The position numbers were made by a program, and so were the translations under genes. Positions 49,827 through 59,033 of a stretch of 64,000 nucleotides of DNA are shown here, in pieces. Position 1 is the stretch's first letter. Every line of letters starts with the position of its first letter. The DNA comes from Vicinamibacteria bacterium (GTDB lineage Bacteria > Acidobacteriota > Vicinamibacteria > Marinacidobacterales > Marinacidobacteraceae), in contig OZ241322.1 in NCBI GenBank assembly GCA_965199715.1, positions 1,056,001 through 1,120,000 of the forward strand, written 5' to 3'. A model generated the notes under the pieces. It searched no databases. It was given only the letters and a program-made list of their open reading frames with translations, and was not told the origin of the DNA.

Positions 49827-50254
49827 CGCAGGCGCCGACGGCGATCCATGCCGCTGAGCAGCTTGGACGCGGGGTTTTCTCCGCCAAGGACGCGAAGCGG
49901 GCTGCCCGTTCCAAGATTCCACATCGGGTGTTCCTTACGAAGCCCGGGGTTGTACGCATTTCAGTAGACAGGCTGAATTTGGCTTCCGCGTCGGAAATCG
50001 TCACACTGGCCATCGACCGGGCCGAGAATCGACCGGGACGATTCCATGGCTGGGCCGTCTTGAGCGTGGACAAGGCGATCCGCAAGGGGCGACGCGTCGA
50101 GTCCACACCGGCAGAGGGAAATCCGCATCACGCCGACATCGTGCTTCCCGATCCCGCACGCGAGGATCGGGACGCTCAGATCGCACACGCGAGGGATATG
50201 GCTGACGCATCGAATTGGAAGCCGCGACCTGAAGCGACTTCAAGAGACTCGTGA
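49823..50254 (+). CDS. Hypothetical protein, possible ADP-ribosyltransferase-like fold; gene 3 of the operon
   Basis: TTGA overlap with gene 2. LGR...ISVDR...NPHHADI pattern. Confidence 0.6.
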   Translation: MTQAPTAIHAAEQLGRGVFSAKDAKRAARSKIPHRVFLTKPGVVRISVDRLNLASASEIVTLAIDRAENRPGRFHGWAVLSVDKAIRKGRRVESTPAEGNPHHADIVLPDPAREDRDAQIAHARDMADASNWKPRPEATSRDS

Positions 50255-50355
50255 TTCACGCTCGCGAGTGATAGCGGCCACGGCTGTCCTCAAGCGGGCA
50301 CCGGAAAAGCAGGACCGGGTTCTGCGCCCGTCGCAAGCGACGACCGACCACGGCG

Positions 50356-50595
50356 TCACGGCCCCTCGTCGCGCTTCTCTCGAAAGAACTCCCCGGCGGG
50401 CTGTCCGAGCGAGGGCATCGTGGCCCGGAAGCGCGCCAGATCTTCAACCGCCACGGGTTTCTTGGGGCGAGCTACGGCGGTGAGTCTCGCCACAGTCTTG
50501 CCCCGCCGCGTGATCAGAATGTCCTCACCGGCCTCAACGCGGTTCACGATCTCGCTGAGACGAGCCCTCGCGGCGGAAACGCTGATGGTCGTCAC
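50356..50595 (-). CDS. Phd/YefM family antitoxin
   Basis: ISVSAARARLSEIV.RVEAGE.ILITRRGK.VARL. Confidence 0.88.
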   Translation of the reverse strand: MTTISVSAARARLSEIVNRVEAGEDILITRRGKTVARLTAVARPKKPVAVEDLARFRATMPSLGQPAGEFFREKRDEGP

Positions 50596-51051
50596 GAGAA
50601 TGCGTGGCCCTGCCAGCTCATGGCGATCGGGCCCGCCGTCGTCGGGAGTTCGAGCATTTCGCCGGCGATGAGCATCCCCTTGTCCAAGGTGTAGATGGCG
50701 GCGGCATCGTGATTTCGGGCGATCGCAAGGTGAAGCGCGTCACCCGCTCGCAGCCCGGTCTCGAAGTACCCGAGCCAACTCGCTGCTAACCGGAAATCGT
50801 CCTCCGTCGGGGTCAGTCGAACGAAGGAGTCCCGAACCATGCCTCGTAGCGGGCGCTTACGGCATGGGCCGCCGGGCCGTCAAGCTGGCCCATGCAACCT
50901 CGCGCGCAAACGTAGAGGCAACTTCAACCCCGGTCCAGTCGCTGACCGCAAGTCCCCCCACGCACGGAGCCGCGAAGAACTCAGCTATCGCGAAGCTGTG
51001 GGCTTCGTCCAAGAACAGCGGAACCAGGAAACTCGTGTCGAAGTAGCGCAT
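50592..51051 (-). pseudogene. vapC: VapC/PIN toxin, frameshifted
   Basis: MRYFDTSFLV N-terminus and LRAGDALHLAIA...TLDK C-terminus lie in different frames. Two single-base losses near 50895 and 50843 restore a continuous PIN protein. Confidence 0.82.
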
Positions 51052-51069
51052 TCGACAGCCCGCGGGACC

Positions 51070-51309
51070 TCACCTTCCCTCGTCGCGCATCTCGCGGATG
51101 AGCTCCGCCGACGGTCGGCGCAGGCGTGGCATCGAAGTCCGAAAGCGCTCCAGTTCCTTGAGCGGCAGCGGTTTCTTGGGACGGAGCACGGCGGTGAGCC
51201 GGATTGGCTGCTTGCCCCGGCGAGTGATGACGACATCCTGCGCGTCCGCAAGCTTGTCCAAGACTTCGTCGAGGCGCACCTTCGCCCGATTGAGACTGAT
51301 CGTGAACAT
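51070..51309 (-). CDS. Phd/YefM family antitoxin (cognate position for vapC)
   Basis: AKVRLDEVLDKL...DVVITRRGK...SAELIREMRDE. Confidence 0.85.
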   Translation of the reverse strand: MFTISLNRAKVRLDEVLDKLADAQDVVITRRGKQPIRLTAVLRPKKPLPLKELERFRTSMPRLRRPSAELIREMRDEGR

Positions 51310-51355
51310 CGGAACCTACCCCCAAGGGCGAGGAGTCTAGCGAGGACGGGGGCGC

Positions 51356-51589
51356 TCAGCTCTCCTCGTCGGACACTTCCGGCTCGCGCTCCCCCGACGG
51401 CCGGCGTCGCATCGAGGCCCGGAGCTTGGCCAGTTCCTCGAGCGGCGGCGGCTCCTTGGGACCGAGCACCGCCTTCACGTGCACGGACTCCTTGCCGCGG
51501 CGGGTGATGACCACGTCCTCCCCCTCGGCGAGCTTGTCGAGAATCTCCTCAGGGCGCGACTTCGCCTTCGTGTACGTGATCGTGAACAT
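51356..51589 (-). CDS. Phd/YefM family antitoxin, tandem paralog
   Basis: MFTI...ILDKLAEGEDVVITRRGK, nearly colinear with the 51070-51309 gene at a 280-bp offset. Confidence 0.75.
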   Translation of the reverse strand: MFTITYTKAKSRPEEILDKLAEGEDVVITRRGKESVHVKAVLGPKEPPPLEELAKLRASMRRRPSGEREPEVSDEES

Positions 51590-51796
51590 CGAGAACCTCC
51601 CTACCGCAGAAGGATGCTAGCGAGGGCCGAATGCGCCGGTTCACCGCCCCTCGCCCCGGATCTCCCGAAAGAACTCCCCGGCCGACTGCCGGGGTGAGGG
51701 CGCTCCGGGTAGTTCCCGAGTTGACATTTTTCAGGGGGGATTTCGGAGCAAGGCAGGGGCGAACCACGACGCCGCCCGGCCGACAGGGAGGCCCCG

Positions 51797-52293
51797 ATGC
51801 GAAATCTGGTGATTGCGGTGGCCGGCGTGGTCGCGGTGGGCGCGCTGGCGCTCGGGCTGGCCCGTTGCGACGCTGGCCCCGCCAACCGGCAGGCGGGTGC
51901 GGCGGGCGGCGCCGGCGCGGCCCCTTCCCGGCCTCCCATCCGTGCGGTGACCCCGGAAGACTTCACCATGGAACGCGTGTCGGAGTGGCTGGCCCGGCTC
52001 CATGACGCGGGCATCATTTCGGCTGAATGCTTGCCGCGTTTCACGCGAATCACGCCGGTGTGCGCGACAACGGGCCGAGGCGGACGATTGGAACGGCGAT
52101 GTGGTGGCTCGGCGTGGTTGGGTACTCCGTCCTCTCCGGACTGCTCGGCATGGACGGCGTGCTCCCCTATGGGCTCGCCTTGACGATCGTGGGAATCCTC
52201 GTCGTCATCGACTGGGGCGATCTGATCCGAAACGTGCGGCGTCGGATTTCTCCGCAGACCGAGTTTCCTGCGGTATGGCGGCGCTCGGGGTGA
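51797..52293 (+). other. Possibly fragmented hypothetical membrane protein(s) (overlapping ORFs 51797-52183 and 52027-52293)
   Basis: GGGAGG ribosome-binding site with a TM N-terminus. A second overlapping ORF has two TM segments. Confidence 0.3.
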
Positions 52294-52333
52294 CTCTCGT
52301 GGGCGTGCGGCGACCCGAACGCCGCCCGGGGCA

Positions 52334-53071
52334 CTACGGCGTGACCGTCAGCTCCACGATCCGGTCCTCCCCGAGGAAGCTGTCGTCGTTGTGGAAGTAC
52401 CAGCGCCGGTTCGCCGGGAGGCGCAGGCCACCGTCCTCGGCCTCCTCGCTCAGGTGGATGTACTCGCCGTCGTTCGCCGCCTCGTCGTGGTAGAAGCGGT
52501 AGCCGATCATCCGGGCGGTCTCGGGGTGGAAGTAGAAGTACCAGATGTCCCCGCCCTCGTAGTGGACCCGGACCTTCTGCGCGTCCTGCCCGTCGTAGGC
52601 CTCCGCGACCGGAGCGTCCGCGATGATGGCCCCGGGATCGCGCAGCTTCATGGGAAGCCCGTACAGGTACAGGTAGTAGTTCCGAAGTCGCATCACGGTC
52701 GCCTCGTCGATCCCGGCCTCCGCGAACGCTTCCTCGGTGAGATCGGCGTTCCCATCGACCGAGCGGGCGACCACCTGCTCGCCCTCGACCTCGATGCGGA
52801 CGGTTCCGTTCTCGGTCTCGCGGCTGGCCTCCATGGTCCGCCCGCCGCGCCCGAACCTGAGCGTCGTCACCCGGTCGGTTCCGCCGGGCCGCGACTCCTC
52901 AAGGCGGAGCGTGATCTCGGCGCTCCCCCAGACCCCCTCGGGATCGTGGTGCGCAATCGAACGCTCGATCAGGGCTTCCGCATCCGACATCGCCGGCGGG
53001 GGCGGCGCGGCCGGCTCCTCCGGCGGCGGGGCGCCGCAGGCGAGCGCGGCGAGCAGTGGCAAATAACGCAT
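52334..53071 (-). CDS. DUF6503-like lipoprotein
   Basis: LAALAC lipobox, IERSIAHHDP.G.W, and RNYYLYLYGLPMKL.D.G motifs. Confidence 0.75.
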   Translation of the reverse strand: MRYLPLLAALACGAPPPEEPAAPPPPAMSDAEALIERSIAHHDPEGVWGSAEITLRLEESRPGGTDRVTTLRFGRGGRTMEASRETENGTVRIEVEGEQVVARSVDGNADLTEEAFAEAGIDEATVMRLRNYYLYLYGLPMKLRDPGAIIADAPVAEAYDGQDAQKVRVHYEGGDIWYFYFHPETARMIGYRFYHDEAANDGEYIHLSEEAEDGGLRLPANRRWYFHNDDSFLGEDRIVELTVTP

Positions 53072-53082
53072 GGTGGGCCTCC

Positions 53083-54600
53083 TCAGCCGAACTCGATTCC
53101 CTGCGCCAGCGGCAGGTCCTTCGACCAGTTGACGGTGTTGGTCTGGCGGCGCATGTACGCCTTCCAGGCGTCGGAGCCGGACTCGCGGCCGCCGCCGGTG
53201 TCCTTCTCGCCCCCGAACGCGCCGCCGATCTCGGCTCCCGACGTGCCGATGTTCACGTTCGCGATGCCGCAGTCGGAGCCCCGGGCCGAAAGGAAGGTCT
53301 CGGCCTCGCGCAGGCTGTCGGTGAAGATCGCCGACGAAAGGCCCTGCGGCACGTCGTTGTGGAGCCGGATCGCGTCTTCCAGCGAGTCGGTCTCCAGCAC
53401 GTAGAGGATCGGGGCGAAGGTCTCCTCGCGGACGAGATCGGTCTGCGCCGCCATCCGGACGATCGTCGGCTCCACGTGGTGCGGCCCGACGTCGGGACGC
53501 CGCTTCCCGCCGCACACGACGGTTCCGCCGGACGCCACCGCCCGCTCCACCGCCGCTTCCATGCTCCGCACCGCTTCCTCGGAGACGAGCGGCCCCATGA
53601 GCGTGCCCTCCTCAAGCGGATCGCCGAGCGGCACCTGCGCGTAGGCGTCCTGGAGCCGCTCCACCAGCGGGTCCGCGATCCCGCGCTCGGCGAGGATGCG
53701 GCGGGTGGTCGTGCATCGCTGGCCCGTCGTTCCCACCGAGCCGAAGACGATCGCCCGCACGGCGAGGTCCAGATCGGCGTTCTTGCTGACCACGATCGCG
53801 TTGTTGCCGCCGAGCTCGAGCAGGCAGCGCCCGAGCCGCCCGGCGACCTCGGCGGCGACCTTGCGCCCCACCCGGGTGGACCCGGTGAACGAGATCAGCG
53901 GCAGCCGCCGGTCGGAAGCCAGCCGGGCTCCCAGATCGCCGCCGCCGACGGCGAGGTTGAACACGCCGCTGACCCCGTGGTCGGCCATGACCCGGTTCGC
54001 GATCCGCTGGACCGCGACCGAGACCAACGGCGTCAGCTCGGAAGGTTTCCAGATGACCGGATCCCCGCAGACCGCCGCGATCGCCGCGTTCCACGACCAG
54101 ACCGCGGTCGGGAAGTTGAACGCGGTGATGACCCCGATCGGCCCGAGCGGGTGCCACTGCTCGAACATCCGGTGGCCCGGGCGCTCGGAGGCCATCGTGA
54201 GCCCGTACAACTGGCGGGAGAGTCCGACCGCGAAGTCGCAGACGTCGATCATCTCCTGGACCTCGCCGTGGCCCTCGGCGCGGATCTTCCCCATCTCCAG
54301 CGAGATCAGGTCGCCGAGCGGCTCCTTGTCCTCGCGCAGCGCCTCGCCCAGGTCGCGGACCATCTCGCCGCGGCGCGGCGCCGGGATCTCGCGGAAGCTG
54401 ACGAACGCCTCCCGCGCCGCCTCGACGACCGTCTCGAGCGCGGCCGCGTTCGCCGGCTCGACGCTCGCGATGGGCTCGCCGGTGGTCGGATTGCGCGAAA
54501 CGAGCGGCTCCTCGCCGCTCGGGATCCAGGATTCGGGACCATGGCAGGCGCCGGGGACGCCGTCCCCGAGACCGAGCCGATCCATGAGGGCGTCGGACAT
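53083..54600 (-). CDS. Aldehyde dehydrogenase family 7 (piperideine-6-carboxylate / aminoadipate semialdehyde dehydrogenase-like)
   Basis: GEVQEMIDVCDFAVGLSRQL, LELGGNNA, GQRCTT and GGGRESGSDAWKAYMRR motifs. Confidence 0.93.
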   Translation of the reverse strand: MSDALMDRLGLGDGVPGACHGPESWIPSGEEPLVSRNPTTGEPIASVEPANAAALETVVEAAREAFVSFREIPAPRRGEMVRDLGEALREDKEPLGDLISLEMGKIRAEGHGEVQEMIDVCDFAVGLSRQLYGLTMASERPGHRMFEQWHPLGPIGVITAFNFPTAVWSWNAAIAAVCGDPVIWKPSELTPLVSVAVQRIANRVMADHGVSGVFNLAVGGGDLGARLASDRRLPLISFTGSTRVGRKVAAEVAGRLGRCLLELGGNNAIVVSKNADLDLAVRAIVFGSVGTTGQRCTTTRRILAERGIADPLVERLQDAYAQVPLGDPLEEGTLMGPLVSEEAVRSMEAAVERAVASGGTVVCGGKRRPDVGPHHVEPTIVRMAAQTDLVREETFAPILYVLETDSLEDAIRLHNDVPQGLSSAIFTDSLREAETFLSARGSDCGIANVNIGTSGAEIGGAFGGEKDTGGGRESGSDAWKAYMRRQTNTVNWSKDLPLAQGIEFG

Positions 54601-54638
54601 GGCCGCGAATGTTAGGGGGGCGCGATAATCCCGGTCCC

Positions 54639-56903
54639 ATGTCCGGGCGCCTCGGCCTCGTCGCCCTCCTCGCCGCCGTCGGATGCGGCGGGGGGAGCGA
54701 CCCCATCCGGCCGCTGAACGTGGTCGTGGTCACGCTGGACACGCTGTCGGCCCGGCACCTGAGTCCCTACGGCGCCGAGCGGATCCGCACGCCGGCGTTC
54801 GAGCGGGTCGCCGCCGAGGGCGCGCTGTTCGAGCAGGCCACCGCGAGCGTGCCGCTCACCCTGCCGTCGCACACCACGATGTTCACCGGCACGCACCCGA
54901 TGTTCCACGGGGTTCGCGACAACGGCGGCTACTCGGTTCCCGACTCCGCCGAGACCCTCGCCGAGACGCTCCGGGACGCCGGCTGGCGCACCGGCGGGTT
55001 CGTGGGCGCCTTCGTCGTGGACTCGCGCTGGGGGCTCGACCAGGGGTTCGAGCGCTACTTCGACGACTTCGACTTCGGCGAGTTCGACTCGATCAGCCTC
55101 GACGCGGTCCAGCGGCCCGGGGACGAGGTGCTGGACGCCGCGGTCGAGTGGATGGAGGGCGCGCGCGACCAGCGGTTCTTCGCCTGGATCCACCTCTACG
55201 ACCCGCACTGGCCCTACGAGCCGCCCGATCCGTGGCCGTCCCGGGTCGGCGACTACCGGGAGGCGCTGTACGACAGCGAGGTGCTGTTCACCGACTCGCT
55301 GGTAGGGCGGGTCCTCGACTGGCTGGACGAACGCTCGCTCGCCGACGACACGCTCGTCGTGCTCATCGCCGACCACGGCGAGAGCCTCGGGCGCCACCGC
55401 GAGACCGGCCACGGGTTCTTCATCTACGACGCGGCGATGCAGGTCCCCTTCCTCGTCCGCGCCCCGTACCGGCAGATCGAGGGCGGGCGGCGGATCGGCG
55501 CGCAGGTGCGCGGGGTCGATCTCATGCCCACGGTGCTCGAACTCGTGGGCGTTCCGGTTCCGGACGCGGTCCAGGGCGAGAGCCTCGTCCCGCTGCTCGA
55601 CGGATCGGCGGACGACCTCGGCCTGTGGGCCTACAGCGAGAGCCTCTATCCGCGCAACCACTACGGCTGGGCGCCGCTCCACGGCCTGCGCGACGGCCTG
55701 CTGCACTTCATCGCGGCCCCGCGCCCCGAACTCTACGAGGTCGGGACGGACCCGGAGCAGCAGCGGAACCTCGCCGGCGAGCGTCCCGGGCAGGTGGAGC
55801 AGCTCCGGCGGCGGCTCGACGGGATGATGGCGGAGTTCTCGACCGGCGCCGCGCCCGAGGCCCGGACCGTCGACGAGGACACGCGCGCCCGGCTCGCCGC
55901 GCTCGGCTACCTCGGCGGGACGGCTCCGGTTCCCGTCCGCGACGAGTCGGACCTCGCCGACCCGAAGGACAAGATCCACCTCTACAACCTGCTCAAGCTC
56001 GCCGGAACCGACTCGACCGAGGGGCGGACCGACCTCGCGATGGAGTCGGTGGAGCGGGTCCTCGCCGAGGATCCGGGGATCCTCGAGGCCCACCTGATCC
56101 GGGGGAACCTCCACCGGAAGGCCGGAGCGTGGGACGCCGCCATCGCGGCGTACCGGGACGCGCTGGCGCTCGACGAGAACTACCGCTCGGCGGTGCTCGG
56201 GCTCGCCGACGCCTACCGCCTCGCCGGCCGTCCGCGCGACGCCGAGGCCGGGTACCGCCGCCTCCTCGAACTGGACCCGAGCGACAACGTCGGCTCGTTC
56301 CACCTCGCCGGCGTCCTCGCCGAGCGCGGCGCCTTCGAGGACGCGCTGGAGGTGCTCGAGGGGCTCGAGGAGCGCGGCGACATCCGGGCGCCGGCCCGCA
56401 ACCTCAAGGGCGAGTGCCTGCTCAGCCTCGGCCGGCTCGAAGCGGCCGAGGCCGAGTTCCGGCTCGCGCTGGAGATGGACGAGGATCTCTCGGAGGCCTG
56501 GTACAACCTCGCGCTGCTCCACGAGGAGCGGGGCGAGGGCGACCGGGCGATCCGCGCCTACGAGGCCCGGCTCGCGCTCGCGCCCGGCGACTTCCGCTCG
56601 CGCTTCAACCTCGCCCGGCTCCACGGCGCGATGGGCGACCAGGCCCTCATGGAAGCCGGGTTCCGCGAGGCGATCGCGAGCAACCCGGAATTCGCGGTCG
56701 GCCACCTCTATCTCGCGAAGGCGCTCCTCGACCGGGGCGAGCTCCAGGAAGCCGAGTCCCTCGCGCGGCGCGGCCTCGCGCTCGGGCCGGAGCCGGACAT
56801 GGCTCCCTTCGGCCACTTCGTCCTCGCCGACGTCTACAACCGCCTCGGCCGGCCCGCCGACGCCCAGCGGGAACTGCGGCGGGGGCAGGCCCTTCGCCGC
56901 TGA
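54639..56903 (+). CDS. Sulfatase-like hydrolase with C-terminal TPR repeats (lipoprotein)
   Basis: TLDT, PLTLPSH..MFTG, HLYDPH and ADHGE motifs, RL.ALGY, then multiple TPRs. Confidence 0.9.
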   Translation: MSGRLGLVALLAAVGCGGGSDPIRPLNVVVVTLDTLSARHLSPYGAERIRTPAFERVAAEGALFEQATASVPLTLPSHTTMFTGTHPMFHGVRDNGGYSVPDSAETLAETLRDAGWRTGGFVGAFVVDSRWGLDQGFERYFDDFDFGEFDSISLDAVQRPGDEVLDAAVEWMEGARDQRFFAWIHLYDPHWPYEPPDPWPSRVGDYREALYDSEVLFTDSLVGRVLDWLDERSLADDTLVVLIADHGESLGRHRETGHGFFIYDAAMQVPFLVRAPYRQIEGGRRIGAQVRGVDLMPTVLELVGVPVPDAVQGESLVPLLDGSADDLGLWAYSESLYPRNHYGWAPLHGLRDGLLHFIAAPRPELYEVGTDPEQQRNLAGERPGQVEQLRRRLDGMMAEFSTGAAPEARTVDEDTRARLAALGYLGGTAPVPVRDESDLADPKDKIHLYNLLKLAGTDSTEGRTDLAMESVERVLAEDPGILEAHLIRGNLHRKAGAWDAAIAAYRDALALDENYRSAVLGLADAYRLAGRPRDAEAGYRRLLELDPSDNVGSFHLAGVLAERGAFEDALEVLEGLEERGDIRAPARNLKGECLLSLGRLEAAEAEFRLALEMDEDLSEAWYNLALLHEERGEGDRAIRAYEARLALAPGDFRSRFNLARLHGAMGDQALMEAGFREAIASNPEFAVGHLYLAKALLDRGELQEAESLARRGLALGPEPDMAPFGHFVLADVYNRLGRPADAQRELRRGQALRR

Positions 56904-56916
56904 CCGGAGACACCCC

Positions 56917-59022
56917 ATGAAGACCCCGCTTCTCGCCCTTCTCCTCGCCGCCGGGTGCGGCGCCGCCCCCGAACCCATGCCGGAAAACCCCCTTCTCGCC
57001 GAGAGCGCCCTGCCCTATCGGCTCCCCCCCTTCGACCTCATCACGGACGACCACTACCTGCCGGCGTTCGAGGAGGGGATGGCCGAGGAGATCGCGCTCA
57101 TGGAGCGGATCGCGGCCTCGTCCGACGATCCGACGTTCGAGAACACGATCGTCCCGATGGAGACCGGCTCGCCGCTGCTGGCGCGGGTCTCGCGGGTGTT
57201 CTTCGGGCTTTCCGGAGCGCACACCAACGACGCGATGAACGCAATCCGCGAGGAGATCTCGCCGAAGCTGGCCGCCCACGCCGACCGCATCCTCCTGAAC
57301 CCGGATCTCTTCGCGCGGGTCGAGGCGATCCACGCGGCGCGGGAGTCCAGCGGGCTCGACGCGGAGCAGATCCGGCTGGTGGAGCGGTACCGCCGCAACT
57401 TCATCCGCGCCGGCGCGACGCTGTCCGAGGAGCAGAAGGAGCGGATGCGCGAGATCAACGCCCGGCTCGCGTCGCTCGGGTCCACGTTCACGCGCAACGT
57501 GCTGGACGAGGTGAACGCCGCGGCGGTCGTGGTCGAGGACGAGTCCGAGCTCGCCGGGCTGGACGAGGGAGCGGTGGCGGCCGCGCGGGAGGCGGCGGCC
57601 GCCCGCGGCCTCGACGGCCAATTCGTGATCCCGCTGCTGAACACGAGCGGCCAGCCGGCGCTCGCGAGCCTGACCGACCGGGCGCTGCGCGAGCGCATCA
57701 TGCGGGCCTCGCTCGGGCGCGGCGGCAGCGGCGGCGAACACGACAACACCGAGGTCATCACCGAGATCGCCCGGCTGCGGGCCGAGCGCGCCGCGATGCT
57801 CGGCTATCCGCACCATGCGGCGTTCGTGCTCGAGGAGCAGACCGCGGGCGCGGTGGAGGCGGTGCACGAGCGCCTCTCCGCGCTCACCCCGGTGGCGGTC
57901 GAGAACGCCCGGCGCGAGGCCGCCGAACTGGAGCGCGTGGCCCGGGACGGCGGCGAGGACATCCGGGTCGCCGCGTGGGACTGGCAGATCTACACCGAGA
58001 AGCTGCGGGCCGAACTCTTCGACTTCGACGCCTCGGCGCTGCGCCCGTACTTCGAGCTGAACGGCGTGCTGGAGAAGGGAGTCTTCTTCGCCGCGAACCG
58101 GCTCTACGGGATGACGTTCGAGGAGCGCCCCGAACTTCCGGTCTATCAGGAGGACGTGCGCATCTGGGAGGTCTTCGACCACGACGGCTCGGCGCTCGGG
58201 CTGTTCATCGGCGACTTCTACGCCCGCCCGTCGAAGCGCGGCGGCGCGTGGATGAACGCCTACGTGCCGCAGTCGGGCCTGCTCGGGACGAAACCGGTGG
58301 TCGGGAACCACCTGAACGTCCCCGAGCCGCCCGAGGGCGAGCCGACGCTGCTCACGTTCGACGAGGTCATCACCCTGTTCCACGAGTTCGGGCACGCGAT
58401 CCACGGGCTGTTCTCGGACGTGCGCTACCCGACGTTCGCCGGAACTTCGGTCCCCAGGGACTTCGTGGAGTTCCCCTCGCAGGTGAACGAGATGTGGGCG
58501 ACCTGGCCCGAGGTGCTCCAGAACTACGCGGTCCACCACGAGACCGGCGAGCCCATCCCCGCCGACCTGCTGGAGCGGGTGCTGTCCAGCCAGACGTTCA
58601 ACCAGGGGTTCGCGACGACCGAGTATCTGGCGGCGACGCTGCTGGACCTCGCGTGGCACGAACTCCAAGCCGACGAGGTTCCCGAGGCCGGGCGGGCGAT
58701 CGCCTTCGAGGAGGCCGCGCTCGAATCGGCGGGGGTCGCGTTCGCCCCGGTTCCGCCCCGCTACCGGAGCACGTACTTCTCCCACATCTGGGGGAGCGGC
58801 TACTCGGCGGGCTACTACTCGTACATCTGGAGCGAAGTGCTCGACGCCGACACGGTGGAGTGGTTCCGCGAGAACGGCGGCCTGCTGCGCGAGAACGGCG
58901 ACCACTTCCGGGCGACGCTGCTGTCGCGCGGCGGCTCGGTCGAGGCGATGCGGCTCTTCCGCGACTTCCGGGGCCGGGACGCCGAGATCGGCCCGCTGCT
59001 GAAGCGCCGCGGGCTGGACTGA
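56917..59022 (+). CDS. dcp: M3 family metallopeptidase (peptidyl-dipeptidase Dcp-like)
   Basis: KRGGAWM, FHEFGH, DFVEFPSQ and YSAGYYSYIWSEVLDAD motifs. Confidence 0.92.
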   Translation: MKTPLLALLLAAGCGAAPEPMPENPLLAESALPYRLPPFDLITDDHYLPAFEEGMAEEIALMERIAASSDDPTFENTIVPMETGSPLLARVSRVFFGLSGAHTNDAMNAIREEISPKLAAHADRILLNPDLFARVEAIHAARESSGLDAEQIRLVERYRRNFIRAGATLSEEQKERMREINARLASLGSTFTRNVLDEVNAAAVVVEDESELAGLDEGAVAAAREAAAARGLDGQFVIPLLNTSGQPALASLTDRALRERIMRASLGRGGSGGEHDNTEVITEIARLRAERAAMLGYPHHAAFVLEEQTAGAVEAVHERLSALTPVAVENARREAAELERVARDGGEDIRVAAWDWQIYTEKLRAELFDFDASALRPYFELNGVLEKGVFFAANRLYGMTFEERPELPVYQEDVRIWEVFDHDGSALGLFIGDFYARPSKRGGAWMNAYVPQSGLLGTKPVVGNHLNVPEPPEGEPTLLTFDEVITLFHEFGHAIHGLFSDVRYPTFAGTSVPRDFVEFPSQVNEMWATWPEVLQNYAVHHETGEPIPADLLERVLSSQTFNQGFATTEYLAATLLDLAWHELQADEVPEAGRAIAFEEAALESAGVAFAPVPPRYRSTYFSHIWGSGYSAGYYSYIWSEVLDADTVEWFRENGGLLRENGDHFRATLLSRGGSVEAMRLFRDFRGRDAEIGPLLKRRGLD

Positions 59023-59033
59023 GGGTTCGGGCC

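Noticed and set aside
48285-51726. Perfect TTGACA hexamers at about 48285 and 51721
   Set aside because: There is no convincing -10 box at 16-18 nt spacing, so I did not call them as promoters.
54639-56903. Sulfatase with TLPSH instead of (C/S)xPxR
   Set aside because: This variant is common in the sulfatase-TPR family, so it is not unusual.
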